A stretch of 7,438 nt of DNA, from the IMG/VR virus record IMGVR_UViG_2671181019_000005; one strand, written 5' to 3'. How positions within the stretch are numbered: the stretch's first letter is position 1; every line of letters begins with the position of its first letter. The notes below the pieces were generated by a model. The model was given only the letters and a program-made list of their open reading frames with translations. It did not search any database and was not told the origin of the DNA. This document shows positions 1 through 7,438 of the stretch, in pieces. Source of the DNA: a virus (Duplodnaviria; Heunggongvirae; Uroviricota; Caudoviricetes). Made by a program: the position numbers and the translations under genes.

Positions 1-1878
1 GACCCGACGTCGGGACTGATGGCGATGGCGCGCCAGTTCCGTAACGTGACGGCAGAGCAGATTGCGTATGTTGCACAGCTGCAGCGTTCCGGAGACGAGG
101 CCGGGGCATTGCAGGCGGCGAACGATATCGCCACGAAAGGCTTTGATGAGCAGACCCGTCGCCTGAAAGAAAACATGGGAACACTGGAGACCTGGGCGGA
201 TAAAACAGGGAAGGCATTCAAATCGATGTGGGATGCCATTCTGGATATCGGTCGTCCTGAGTCCTCAGCGGATATGCTCGCCAGTGCGCAGAAGGCATTT
301 GATGAGGCGGATAAAAAATGGCAGTGGTACCAGAGCCGGAGCCAGCGCCGGGGAAAGACCTCCTCTTTTCGTGCGAACCTTCAGGGGGCATGGGATGACC
401 GGGAAAATGCCCGTCTGGGTCTGGCAGCGGCCACGCTGCAGTCGGATATGGAAAAAGCCGGTGAACTGGCGGCAAGGGACCGGGCTGAGCGTGAGGCGTC
501 ACAGCTGAAGTATACCGGAGAGGCGCAGAAGGCGTATGAGCGCCTGCAGACGCCGCTGGATAAATATACCGCCCGTCAGAAAGAGCTGAATAAGGCCCTG
601 AAAGACGGAAAAATCCTGCAGGCGGATTACAACACGCTGATGGCGTCGGCAAAAAAGGATTATGAATCGACGCTGAAAAAGCCGTCCGGTGTGAAGGTGT
701 CTGCCGGTGAGCGCCAGGAAGACCGGGCGCATGCAGCCATGCTGGCGCTTGAAACCGAGCTCAGGACGCTGGAAAAACACAGCGGTGTGAATGAGAAAAT
801 CAGCCAGCAGCGCCGGGATTTATGGGAAGCGGAAAATCAGTATGTGGTCCTGAAAGAGGCCGCCACGAAACGGCAGTTATCTGAGCAGGAAAAATCCCTG
901 CTGGCTCATGAGAAAGAGACGCTGGAGTACAAACGCCAGCTGGCTGAGCTGGGCGACAAGATTGAACACCAGAAACGGCTGAATGAGCTGGCACAGCAGG
1001 CGGCGCGGTTTGAACAGCAGCAGAGCGCGAAGCAGGCGGCAATCAGCGCAAAAGCCCGCGGACTCACCGACCGTCAGGCGCAGCGGGAGTCGGAAGAGCA
1101 GCGCCTTCGTGACGTGTACGGTGATAATCCGGATGCGCTGGCGAAGGCCACATCTGCACTGAAGAACACCTGGTCTGCGGAGGAGCAGCTTCGTGGAAGC
1201 TGGATGGCCGGGATGAAGTCCGGCTGGGGCGAGTGGGCGGAAAGTGCGACGGACAGTTTTTCGCAGGTTAAAAACGCGGCCACGCAGACCTTTGACGGTA
1301 TTGCACAGAATATGGCAGCGATGCTGACCGGCAGCGAACAGAACTGGCGGGGATTCACCCGTTCGGTGCTCTCCATGCTGACAGAAATTCTGCTTAAGCA
1401 GGCAATGGTGGGGATTGTCGGGAGTATCGGCAGCGCCATTGGCGGGGCTGTTGGTGGCGGCGCATCCGCGTCAGGCGGTACAGCCATTCAGGCTGCGGCG
1501 GCGAAATTCCATTTTGCAACCGGAGGATTTACGGGAACCGGCGGCAAATATGAGCCAGCGGGAATTGTTCACCGCGGTGAATTCGTCTTCACGAAGGAGG
1601 CAACCAGCCGGATTGGCGTGGGGAATCTCTACCGGCTGATGCGCGGCTATGCCACCGGCGGTTATGTCGGTACACCGGGCAGCATGGCGGACAGCCGGTC
1701 GCAGGCGTCCGGGACGTTTGAGCAGAATAACCATGTGGTGATTAACAACGACGGCACGAACGGTCAGATAGGGCCACAGGCACTGAAGGCTGTTTATGAC
1801 GTAGCCCGTAAGGCGGCAATGGATGTTGTGACCGGGCAGATGCGCGATGGTGGTCTGTTCTCCGGAGGTGGACGATGA
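1..1878 (+). CDS. H: Tail tape measure protein (lambda gpH-like), C-terminal ~626 codons; 5' partial, reading frame open from base 1
   Basis: Frame is open from position 1 (no stop before the first ATG at 19) to TGA at 1876-1878. The translation is helical and charged (Q/E/K/R/A-rich, coiled-coil-like) through most of its length, then has a Gly/Ala-rich hydrophobic block (MVGIVGSIGSAIGGAVGGGASASGG...) and ends ...MRDGGLFSGGGR. From memory this closely matches the C-terminal part of lambda gpH. It sits immediately upstream of M/L/K/I/J. Confidence 0.93.
   Translation, partial: DPTSGLMAMARQFRNVTAEQIAYVAQLQRSGDEAGALQAANDIATKGFDEQTRRLKENMGTLETWADKTGKAFKSMWDAILDIGRPESSADMLASAQKAFDEADKKWQWYQSRSQRRGKTSSFRANLQGAWDDRENARLGLAAATLQSDMEKAGELAARDRAEREASQLKYTGEAQKAYERLQTPLDKYTARQKELNKALKDGKILQADYNTLMASAKKDYESTLKKPSGVKVSAGERQEDRAHAAMLALETELRTLEKHSGVNEKISQQRRDLWEAENQYVVLKEAATKRQLSEQEKSLLAHEKETLEYKRQLAELGDKIEHQKRLNELAQQAARFEQQQSAKQAAISAKARGLTDRQAQRESEEQRLRDVYGDNPDALAKATSALKNTWSAEEQLRGSWMAGMKSGWGEWAESATDSFSQVKNAATQTFDGIAQNMAAMLTGSEQNWRGFTRSVLSMLTEILLKQAMVGIVGSIGSAIGGAVGGGASASGGTAIQAAAAKFHFATGGFTGTGGKYEPAGIVHRGEFVFTKEATSRIGVGNLYRLMRGYATGGYVGTPGSMADSRSQASGTFEQNNHVVINNDGTNGQIGPQALKAVYDVARKAAMDVVTGQMRDGGLFSGGGR
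1864..1868 (+). promoter_or_regulatory. Shine-Dalgarno (GGAGG) for M, 6 nt upstream of the ATG, embedded in the end of H
   Basis: GGAGG at 1864-1868, 6-nt spacer, ATG at 1875; the H stop TGA (1876-1878) overlaps the M start as ATGA. Confidence 0.55.
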
Positions 1879-2204
1879 AAACCTTCCGCTGGAAAGTGAA
1901 ACCCGGTATGGATGTGGCTTCGGCCCCTTCCGTAAGAAAGGTGCGCTTTGGTGATGGCTATTCCCAGCGAGCGCCTGCCGGGCTGAACACTGACCTGAAA
2001 ACGTACAGCGTGACGCTTTCTGTTCCCCGTTGGGAGGCCGCGGCGCTGGAGTCGTTTCTGGCTGAGCACGGGGGCTGGAAGGCCTTTCTGTGGACGCCGC
2101 CTTATGGCTACCGGCAGATAAAGGTGACCTGCGCAAAATGGTCGTCGCGGGTCAGTATGCTGCGTGTTGAGTTCAGCGCAGAGTTTGAACAGGTGGTGAA
2201 CTGA
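1875..2204 (+). CDS. M: Minor tail protein M (lambda gpM-like), 109 aa
   Basis: ORF 1875..2204 with a good SD. The translation MKTFRWKVKPGMDVAS...WTPPYGYRQIKVTCAKWSSRVSMLRVEFSAEFEQVVN is near-identical, from memory, to lambda gpM, and has the same length (109 aa). Start overlaps the H stop (ATGA); stop overlaps the L start (TGATG). Confidence 0.95.
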   Translation: MKTFRWKVKPGMDVASAPSVRKVRFGDGYSQRAPAGLNTDLKTYSVTLSVPRWEAAALESFLAEHGGWKAFLWTPPYGYRQIKVTCAKWSSRVSMLRVEFSAEFEQVVN

Positions 2205-2902
2205 TGCAGGATATCCGGCAGGAAACACTGAATGAATGCACCCGTACGGAGCAGTCGGCCAGCGTGGTGCTCTGGGAAATCGACCTGACAGAGGTCGGTG
2301 GAGAACGTTATTTTTTCTGTAATGAGCAGAACGAAAAAGGTGAGCCGGTCACCTGGCAGGGGCGGCAGTATCAGCCGTATCCCATTCAGGGGAGTGGTTT
2401 TGAACTGAATGGCAAAGGCACCAGTACGCGCCCCACGCTGACGGTTTCTAACCTGTACGGTATGGTCACCGGGATGGCGGAAGATCTGCAGAGTCTGGTC
2501 GGCGGAACGGTGGTCCGGCGTAAGGTTTACGCCCGTTTTCTGGATGCGGTGAACTTCGTCAACGGAAACAGTGACGCCGATCCGGAGCAGGAGGTGATCA
2601 GCAGCTGGCGCATTGAGCAGTGCAGCGAACTGAGCGCGGTGAGTGCCTCTTTTGTACTGTCCACGCCGACGGAAACGGACGGTGCTGTTTTTCCTGGACG
2701 TATCATGCTGGCCAACACCTGCACCTGGACCTATCGCGGTGATGAGTGCGGTTATCACGGTCCGGCAGTCGCGGATGAATATGATCAGCCGACGTCCGAT
2801 ATCACGAAGGATAAATGCAGCAAATGCCTGAGTGGCTGTAAGTTTCGCAATAACGTCGGCAACTTTGGCGGCTTCCTTTCCATTAACAAACTTTCGCAGT
2901 AA
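2204..2902 (+). CDS. L: Minor tail protein L (lambda gpL-like), 232 aa
   Basis: ORF 2204..2902. The translation MQDIRQETLNECTRTEQSASVVLWEIDLTEVGGERYFFCNEQ...CSKCLSGCKFRNNVGNFGGFLSINKLSQ matches lambda gpL from memory (same length, C-terminal Cys cluster). Start codon overlaps the M stop. Confidence 0.95.
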   Translation: MQDIRQETLNECTRTEQSASVVLWEIDLTEVGGERYFFCNEQNEKGEPVTWQGRQYQPYPIQGSGFELNGKGTSTRPTLTVSNLYGMVTGMAEDLQSLVGGTVVRRKVYARFLDAVNFVNGNSDADPEQEVISSWRIEQCSELSAVSASFVLSTPTETDGAVFPGRIMLANTCTWTYRGDECGYHGPAVADEYDQPTSDITKDKCSKCLSGCKFRNNVGNFGGFLSINKLSQ

Positions 2903-2907
2903 ATCCC

Positions 2908-3651
2908 ATGACACAGACAGAATCAGCGATTCTGGCGCACGCCCGGCGATGTGCGCCAGCGGAGTCGTGCGGCTTCGTGGTAAGCACGCCGGAGGGGGAA
3001 AGATATTTTCCCTGCGTGAATATCTCCGGTGAGCCGGAGGCGTATTTCCGGATGTCGCCGGAGGACTGGCTGCGGGCAGAGATGCAGGGTGAGATTGTGG
3101 CGCTGGTCCACAGCCACCCCGGTGGTCTGCCCTGGCTGAGTGAGACCGACCGGCGGCTGCAGGTGCAGAGTAATTTGCCGTGGTGGCTGGTTTGCCGGGG
3201 GGCGATTCACAAGTTCCGCTGTGTGCCACATCTTTCCGGGCGGCGCTTTGAGCACGGGGTGACGGACTGTTACACGCTGTTCCGGGATGCTTACCATCTG
3301 GCGGGGATTGAGATGCCGGATTTTCATCGCGGGGATGACTGGTGGCGTCACGGTCAGAATCTCTATCTGGATAATCTGGAGGCCACAGGGCTGTATCAGG
3401 TGCCGTTGTCAGCGGCGCAGCCGGGCGATGTGCTGCTGTGTTGTTTTGGTTCATCGGTGCCGAATCATGCCGCCATTTACTGTGGTGACAGCGAGCTGCT
3501 GCACCATATTCCTGAACAACTGAGCAAACGAGAGAGGTACACCGACAAATGGCAGCGACGCACACACTCCCTCTGGCGTCACCGGGAATGGCACGCATCT
3601 GCCTTTACGGGGATTTACAACGATTTGGCCGCCGCATCGACCTTCGAGTGA
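2908..3651 (+). CDS. K: Tail assembly protein K (lambda gpK-like) with JAMM/MPN metalloprotease and NlpC/P60 cysteine peptidase motifs; 247 aa from the first ATG, alternative start at 3052 (199 aa)
   Basis: ORF 2908..3651 begins 5 nt after the L stop. It contains the JAMM signature HxHx7Sx2D as HSHPGGLPWLSETD (about 3109-3150), and an NlpC/P60-like Cys (DCYTLF, Cys codon 3268-3270) with downstream His residues (NHAAIY, LLHHIP). The protein is near-identical to lambda gpK from memory. The lambda annotation starts at the internal Met corresponding to 3052, which here has a GGAGG (3036-3040) 11 nt upstream, whereas 2908 has no obvious SD. Confidence 0.88.
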   Translation: MTQTESAILAHARRCAPAESCGFVVSTPEGERYFPCVNISGEPEAYFRMSPEDWLRAEMQGEIVALVHSHPGGLPWLSETDRRLQVQSNLPWWLVCRGAIHKFRCVPHLSGRRFEHGVTDCYTLFRDAYHLAGIEMPDFHRGDDWWRHGQNLYLDNLEATGLYQVPLSAAQPGDVLLCCFGSSVPNHAAIYCGDSELLHHIPEQLSKRERYTDKWQRRTHSLWRHREWHASAFTGIYNDLAAASTFE

Positions 3652-4196
3652 AAACGGGGTCCGAAGCCATCCGGGCGCTGGCCATGCAGATCCCGGCGTT
3701 TCGTCAGAAACTGAGCGACGGCTGGTACCAGGTACGGATTGCCGGGCGGGATGCAGGAGAAACCGAATTATCATCCCGTCTTAATGAGCCGCTGAAAAAT
3801 GGTGCCGTGATCCACATCGTTCCGCGTCTTGCGGGAGCAAAAAGTGGCGGTGTATTTCAGGCGGTGCTGGGTGCGGCGCTGATTGCAGTGGCGTGGTGGA
3901 ACCCTGCAGGCTGGCTGGGAGCTGCGGCTTTATCGGGCATGTATGCTGCGGGGGCCAGTATGATCCTTGGCGGTGTGGCGCAGATGCTGGCACCGAAAGC
4001 CAGTACCGCAACAACGACCAGCACGGATAACGGTAAGCAGAACACGTATTTCTCGTCACTGGATAACATGGTTGCCCAGGGCAATGTTCTGCCTGTTCTG
4101 TACGGTGAAATGCGCGTGGGGTCACGTGTGGTTTCTCAGGAGATCAGCACGGCAGACGAAGGGGACGGTGGTCAGGTTGTGGTGATTGGTCGCTGA
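3549..4196 (+). CDS. I: Tail assembly protein I (lambda gpI-like), 215 aa; N-terminal ubiquitin-like domain, central Gly/Ala-rich hydrophobic segment, conserved C-terminus
   Basis: ORF 3549..4196 overlaps the 3' end of K by 103 nt in the -1 frame relative to K. The N-terminus MAATHTLPLASPGMARICLYGDLQRFGRRIDLRVKTG... and the C-terminus ...DNGKQNTYFSSLDNMVAQGNVLPVLYGEMRVGSRVVSQEISTADEGDGGQVVVIGR match lambda gpI from memory. The middle (about aa 68-155) appears different from lambda and a few residues shorter. Confidence 0.9.
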   Translation: MAATHTLPLASPGMARICLYGDLQRFGRRIDLRVKTGSEAIRALAMQIPAFRQKLSDGWYQVRIAGRDAGETELSSRLNEPLKNGAVIHIVPRLAGAKSGGVFQAVLGAALIAVAWWNPAGWLGAAALSGMYAAGASMILGGVAQMLAPKASTATTTSTDNGKQNTYFSSLDNMVAQGNVLPVLYGEMRVGSRVVSQEISTADEGDGGQVVVIGR

Positions 4197-4213
4197 GGCA
4201 AAATGTTTTATGT

Positions 4214-4235
4214 GAAACCGCCTCCGGGCGGTTTT
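4214..4235 (+). promoter_or_regulatory. GC-rich hairpin in the I-J intergenic spacer (8-bp stem AAACCGCC / GGCGGTTT, 4-nt loop TCCG) followed by a T-rich tract; terminator-like or attenuator/RNA-stability element
   Basis: Direct base pairing: 4215-4222 aaaccgcc pairs with 4227-4234 ggcggttt, with loop 4223-4226 tccg. It is followed by ttttgtcgttt. It lies between the I stop (4196) and the J start (4257). Confidence 0.4.
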
Positions 4236-4244
4236 GTCGTTTAT

Positions 4245-4256
4245 GGAGCGTGAGGA
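4245..4256 (+). promoter_or_regulatory. Ribosome-binding region for J (GGAG at 4245-4248, GAGGA at 4252-4256)
   Basis: Purine-rich SD-like motifs immediately upstream of the J ATG at 4257; GGAG has an 8-nt spacer. Confidence 0.45.
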
Positions 4257-7200
4257 ATGGGTAAAGGCAGCAGTAAGGGGCATACCCCGCGCGAAGCGAA
4301 GGACAACCTGAAGTCCACGCAGTTGCTGAGTGTGATCGATGCCATCAGCGAAGGGCCGGTTGAAGGTCCGGTGGATGGATTAAAAAGCGTGCTGCTGAAC
4401 AGTACGCCGGTGCTGGACACTGAGGGGAATACCAATATCTCCGGCGTCACGGTGGTGTTCCGGGCCGGTGAGCAGGAGCAGACACCGCCGGAGGGATTTG
4501 AATCCTCCGGCTCCGAGACGGTGCTGGGTACGGAAGTGAAGTACGACACGCCGATTACCCGGACCATCACGTCTGCAAACATCGACCGTCTGCGCTTTAC
4601 CTTCGGTGTGCAGGCACTGGTGGAAACCACCTCAAAGGGGGACCGGAATCCGTCGGAAGTCCGCCTGCTGGTTCAGATACAGCGTAACGGTGGCTGGGTG
4701 ACGGAAAAAGACATCACCATTAAAGGCAAAACCACCTCACAGTATCTGGCCTCGGTGGTGGTGGGTAACCTGCCGCCGCGCCCGTTCAATATCCGGATGC
4801 GCAGGATGACGCCGGACAGCACCACAGACCAGCTGCAGAACAAAACGCTCTGGTCGTCATACACCGAAATCATCGATGTGAAACAGTGCTACCCGAACAC
4901 GGCACTGGTCGGCGTACAGGTGGATTCGGAGCAGTTCGGCAGCCAGCAGGTGAGCCGTAATTATCATCTGCGCGGGCGTATTCTGCAGGTGCCGTCGAAC
5001 TATAACCCGCAGACGCGGCAATACAGCGGTATCTGGGACGGAACGTTTAAGCCAGCATACAGCAATAACATGGCCTGGTGTCTGTGGGATATGCTGACCC
5101 ATCCACGCTACGGCATGGGGAAACGTCTTGGTGCGGCGGATGTGGATAAATGGGCGCTGTATGTCATCGGCCAGAATTGCGACCAGTCGGTGCCGGATGG
5201 CTTTGGTGGCACGGAGCCGCGTATCACCTGTAATGCGTACCTGACCACGCAGCGCAAGGCGTGGGATGTGCTCAGTGATTTCTGCTCGGCGATGCGCTGT
5301 ATGCCGGTATGGAACGGGCAGACGCTGACGTTCGTGCAGGACCGGCCATCGGATAAGGTGTGGACCTATAACCGCAGTAATGTGGTGATGCCGGATGATG
5401 GCGCACCGTTCCGCTACAGCTTCAGCGCCCTGAAGGACCGCCATAATGCCGTTGAGGTGAACTGGATTGACCCGGATAACGGCTGGGAGACGGCGACAGA
5501 GCTTGTGGAGGATACGCAGGCCATTGTCCGTTACGGTCGTAACGTCACGAAGATGGATGCCTTTGGCTGTACCAGCCGGGGGCAGGCACACCGCGCCGGG
5601 CTGTGGCTGATTAAAACGGAGCTGCTGGAGACGCAGACCGTGGACTTCAGCGTGGGCGCAGAAGGGCTTCGCCATGTACCGGGCGATGTCATTGAAATCT
5701 GCGATGATGACTATGCCGGTATCAGCACCGGCGGGCGCGTGCTGGCGGTGAACAGCCAGACCCGGACGCTGACGCTCGACCGTGAAATCACGCTGCCATC
5801 TTCCGGCACCACGCTGATAAGCCTGGTTGACGGAAGTGGCAATCCGGTCAGCGTGGAGGTTCAGTCCGTCACTGATGGCGTGAAGGTAAAAGTGAGCCGT
5901 GTTCCTGACGGCGTTGCCGGATACAGTGTATGGGGGCTGAAGCTGCCGATGCTGCGCCAGCGCCAGTTCCGCTGCGTGAGTATCCGTGAGAACGACGACG
6001 GCACGTATGCCATCACCGCCGTGCAGCATGTACCGGAAAAAGAGGCCATCGTGGATAACGGGGCGCACTTTGACGGCGACCAGAGCGGCACGGTGAATGG
6101 TGTCACGCCGCCAGCGGTGCAGCACCTGACCGCAGAAGTCACCGCAGACAGTGGGGAATATCAGGTGCTGGCGCGCTGGGACACGCCGAAGGTGGTGAAG
6201 GGGGTGAGCTTTATGCTTCGCCTGACCGTGGCAGCGGATGACGGCAGTGAGCGGCTGGTCAGCACGGCCCGGACGACGGAAACCACATACCGCTTCAGGC
6301 AACTGGCGCTGGGGAACTACAGGCTGACAGTCCGGGCGGTAAATGCGTGGGGGCAGCAGGGCGACCCGGCGTCGGTATCGTTCCGGATTGCCGCACCGGC
6401 AGCACCGTCGAGGATTGAGCTGACGCCGGGCTATTTTCAGATAACCGCCACGCCGCATCTTGCCGTTTATGACCCGACGGTACAGTTTGAGTTCTGGTTC
6501 TCGGAAAAACGGATTGCGGATATCAGGCAGGTTGAAACCACAGCCCGCTATCTTGGTACGGCGCTGTACTGGATAGCCGCCAGTATCAATATTAAGCCGG
6601 GCCATGATTATTATTTTTACGTTCGCAGTGTGAACACAGTCGGCAAATCGGCATTCGTGGAGGCTGTCGGTCGGGCGAGCGATGATGCGGAAGGTTACCT
6701 GGATTTTTTCAAAGGAGAAATCGGGAAAACACATCTGGCCCAGGAGCTGTGGACGCAGATTGATAACGGTCAGCTTGCGCCGGACCTGGTTGAAATCAGG
6801 ACGTCCATTACGAATGTCAGCAATGAAATCACGCAGACCGTCAATAAAAAACTGGAAGACCAGAGTGCGGCAATCCAGCAGATACAGAAAGTTCAGGTTG
6901 ATACAAATAATAACCTGAACAGCATGTGGGCCGTGAAACTGCAGCAGATGAAGGACGGACGCCTTTATATTGCGGGTATCGGAGCCGGTATTGGGAATAC
7001 GCCAGCAGGTATGCAGAGTCAGGTGCTTCTGGCTGCTGACCGGATTGCGATGATTAATCCTGCGAATGGCAACACAAAGCCGATGTTTGTTGGTCAGGGC
7101 GATCAGATATTCATGAACGACGTGTTCCTGAAACGCCTGACAGCTCCGACCATTACCAGCGGCGGTAATCCTCCGGCATTTTCCCTGACACCGGACGGGC

Positions 7201-7438
7201 GGCTGACGGCGAAAAATGCCGATATCAGCGGTAACGTGAATGCGAACTCCGGGACGCTCAACAACGTCACGATTAACGAGAACTGTCGGGTTCTGGGAAA
7301 ATTGTCCGCCAACCAGATTGAAGGCGATCTCGTTAAAACAGTGGGCAAAGCTTTCCCCCGGGACTCCCGTGCACCGGAGCGGTGGCCATCAGGGACCATT
7401 ACCGTCAGGGTTTATGACGATCAGCCGTTTGACCGGCA
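4257..7438 (+). CDS. J: Host specificity protein J / central tail fibre (lambda gpJ-like), N-terminal ~1060 codons; 3' partial, runs off the window end
   Basis: ATG at 4257 with an open frame to the end of the window. The translation begins [58 protein letters not shown]... and continues with long stretches that match lambda gpJ from memory, including ...[28 protein letters not shown]...WPSGT. It is not in the supplied ORF track because no in-frame stop occurs before base 7438. Confidence 0.95.
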   Translation, partial: MGKGSSKGHTPREAKDNLKSTQLLSVIDAISEGPVEGPVDGLKSVLLNSTPVLDTEGNTNISGVTVVFRAGEQEQTPPEGFESSGSETVLGTEVKYDTPITRTITSANIDRLRFTFGVQALVETTSKGDRNPSEVRLLVQIQRNGGWVTEKDITIKGKTTSQYLASVVVGNLPPRPFNIRMRRMTPDSTTDQLQNKTLWSSYTEIIDVKQCYPNTALVGVQVDSEQFGSQQVSRNYHLRGRILQVPSNYNPQTRQYSGIWDGTFKPAYSNNMAWCLWDMLTHPRYGMGKRLGAADVDKWALYVIGQNCDQSVPDGFGGTEPRITCNAYLTTQRKAWDVLSDFCSAMRCMPVWNGQTLTFVQDRPSDKVWTYNRSNVVMPDDGAPFRYSFSALKDRHNAVEVNWIDPDNGWETATELVEDTQAIVRYGRNVTKMDAFGCTSRGQAHRAGLWLIKTELLETQTVDFSVGAEGLRHVPGDVIEICDDDYAGISTGGRVLAVNSQTRTLTLDREITLPSSGTTLISLVDGSGNPVSVEVQSVTDGVKVKVSRVPDGVAGYSVWGLKLPMLRQRQFRCVSIRENDDGTYAITAVQHVPEKEAIVDNGAHFDGDQSGTVNGVTPPAVQHLTAEVTADSGEYQVLARWDTPKVVKGVSFMLRLTVAADDGSERLVSTARTTETTYRFRQLALGNYRLTVRAVNAWGQQGDPASVSFRIAAPAAPSRIELTPGYFQITATPHLAVYDPTVQFEFWFSEKRIADIRQVETTARYLGTALYWIAASINIKPGHDYYFYVRSVNTVGKSAFVEAVGRASDDAEGYLDFFKGEIGKTHLAQELWTQIDNGQLAPDLVEIRTSITNVSNEITQTVNKKLEDQSAAIQQIQKVQVDTNNNLNSMWAVKLQQMKDGRLYIAGIGAGIGNTPAGMQSQVLLAADRIAMINPANGNTKPMFVGQGDQIFMNDVFLKRLTAPTITSGGNPPAFSLTPDGRLTAKNADISGNVNANSGTLNNVTINENCRVLGKLSANQIEGDLVKTVGKAFPRDSRAPERWPSGTITVRVYDDQPFDR

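Noticed and set aside
218-1042. Several small ORFs (80-144 aa) on both strands within the tape measure gene
   Set aside because: They are alternative-frame or antisense ORFs inside the H coding sequence; the H frame carries the conserved protein sequence.
1471-2228. Minus-strand ORFs of 221 aa and 144 aa overlapping the end of H and M
   Set aside because: They are antisense to conserved tail genes, with low-complexity translations and no supporting signals.
2108-3598. 496-aa ORF on the minus strand, antisense to L and K
   Set aside because: Same reasoning: it overlaps two well-supported plus-strand genes, and the translation is Pro/Ala/Arg/Ser-rich and looks like a compositional artefact.
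3549-3651. Possible programmed -1 frameshift producing a K-I fusion (I is in the -1 frame relative to K across a 103-nt overlap)
   Set aside because: I scanned the overlap for a canonical X_XXY_YYZ slippery heptamer in the K frame and found none. The I ORF has its own ATG and matches a separately encoded lambda gpI. Overlap alone is not evidence of frameshifting.
4857-6734. 625-aa ORF on the minus strand, antisense to J
   Set aside because: It lies entirely inside the strongly supported J coding region on the opposite strand. Its translation is Arg/Pro/His/Ala-rich low-complexity sequence with no recognisable motifs, which is typical of stop-free antisense frames in GC-rich coding DNA, and it has no evident RBS.
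7103-7399. 98-aa minus-strand ORF near the window end
   Set aside because: It is antisense to a conserved block of J and has no independent support.
1-7438. A previously undescribed biological system (for example a defence island or novel operon)
   Set aside because: All coding capacity is accounted for by six syntenic lambda-like tail genes on one strand. No unexplained gene-sized gaps, repeat arrays or foreign-looking inserts are present. The only compositional anomaly is inside J and is better explained by mosaicism.
1-7438. tRNA, rRNA, CRISPR repeats, IS elements or terminal inverted repeats
   Set aside because: I saw no periodic direct repeats with spacers, no tRNA-like cloverleaf candidates in non-coding sequence (which is essentially limited to 4197-4256), and no transposase-like ORFs.

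Overview
This window is a contiguous, single-strand (+) stretch of the late tail operon of a lambda-like siphovirus, most likely an enterobacterial prophage. It holds six tightly packed genes in the canonical lambda order: the C-terminal ~626 codons of the tape measure protein (H, 5' partial), minor tail proteins M and L, tail assembly proteins K and I (overlapping out of frame), and the first ~1060 codons of the host-specificity / central tail fibre protein J (3' partial; absent from the supplied ORF track because it has no stop inside the window). The calls rest on reading the translations and matching them, from memory, to phage lambda gpH/gpM/gpL/gpK/gpI/gpJ; no database search was run. 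I see no rRNA, tRNA, CRISPR array, IS element or inserted cargo gene. I do not think this is an undescribed system: it is a well-known virion assembly module. The points worth a second look are the K/I pair (a JAMM/MPN plus NlpC/P60 enzyme next to a ubiquitin-like protein with a di-glycine), the ambiguous K start, an AT-richer segment inside J that may be mosaic, and a conserved hairpin between I and J. The long antisense ORFs are almost certainly artefacts of GC-rich coding sequence.
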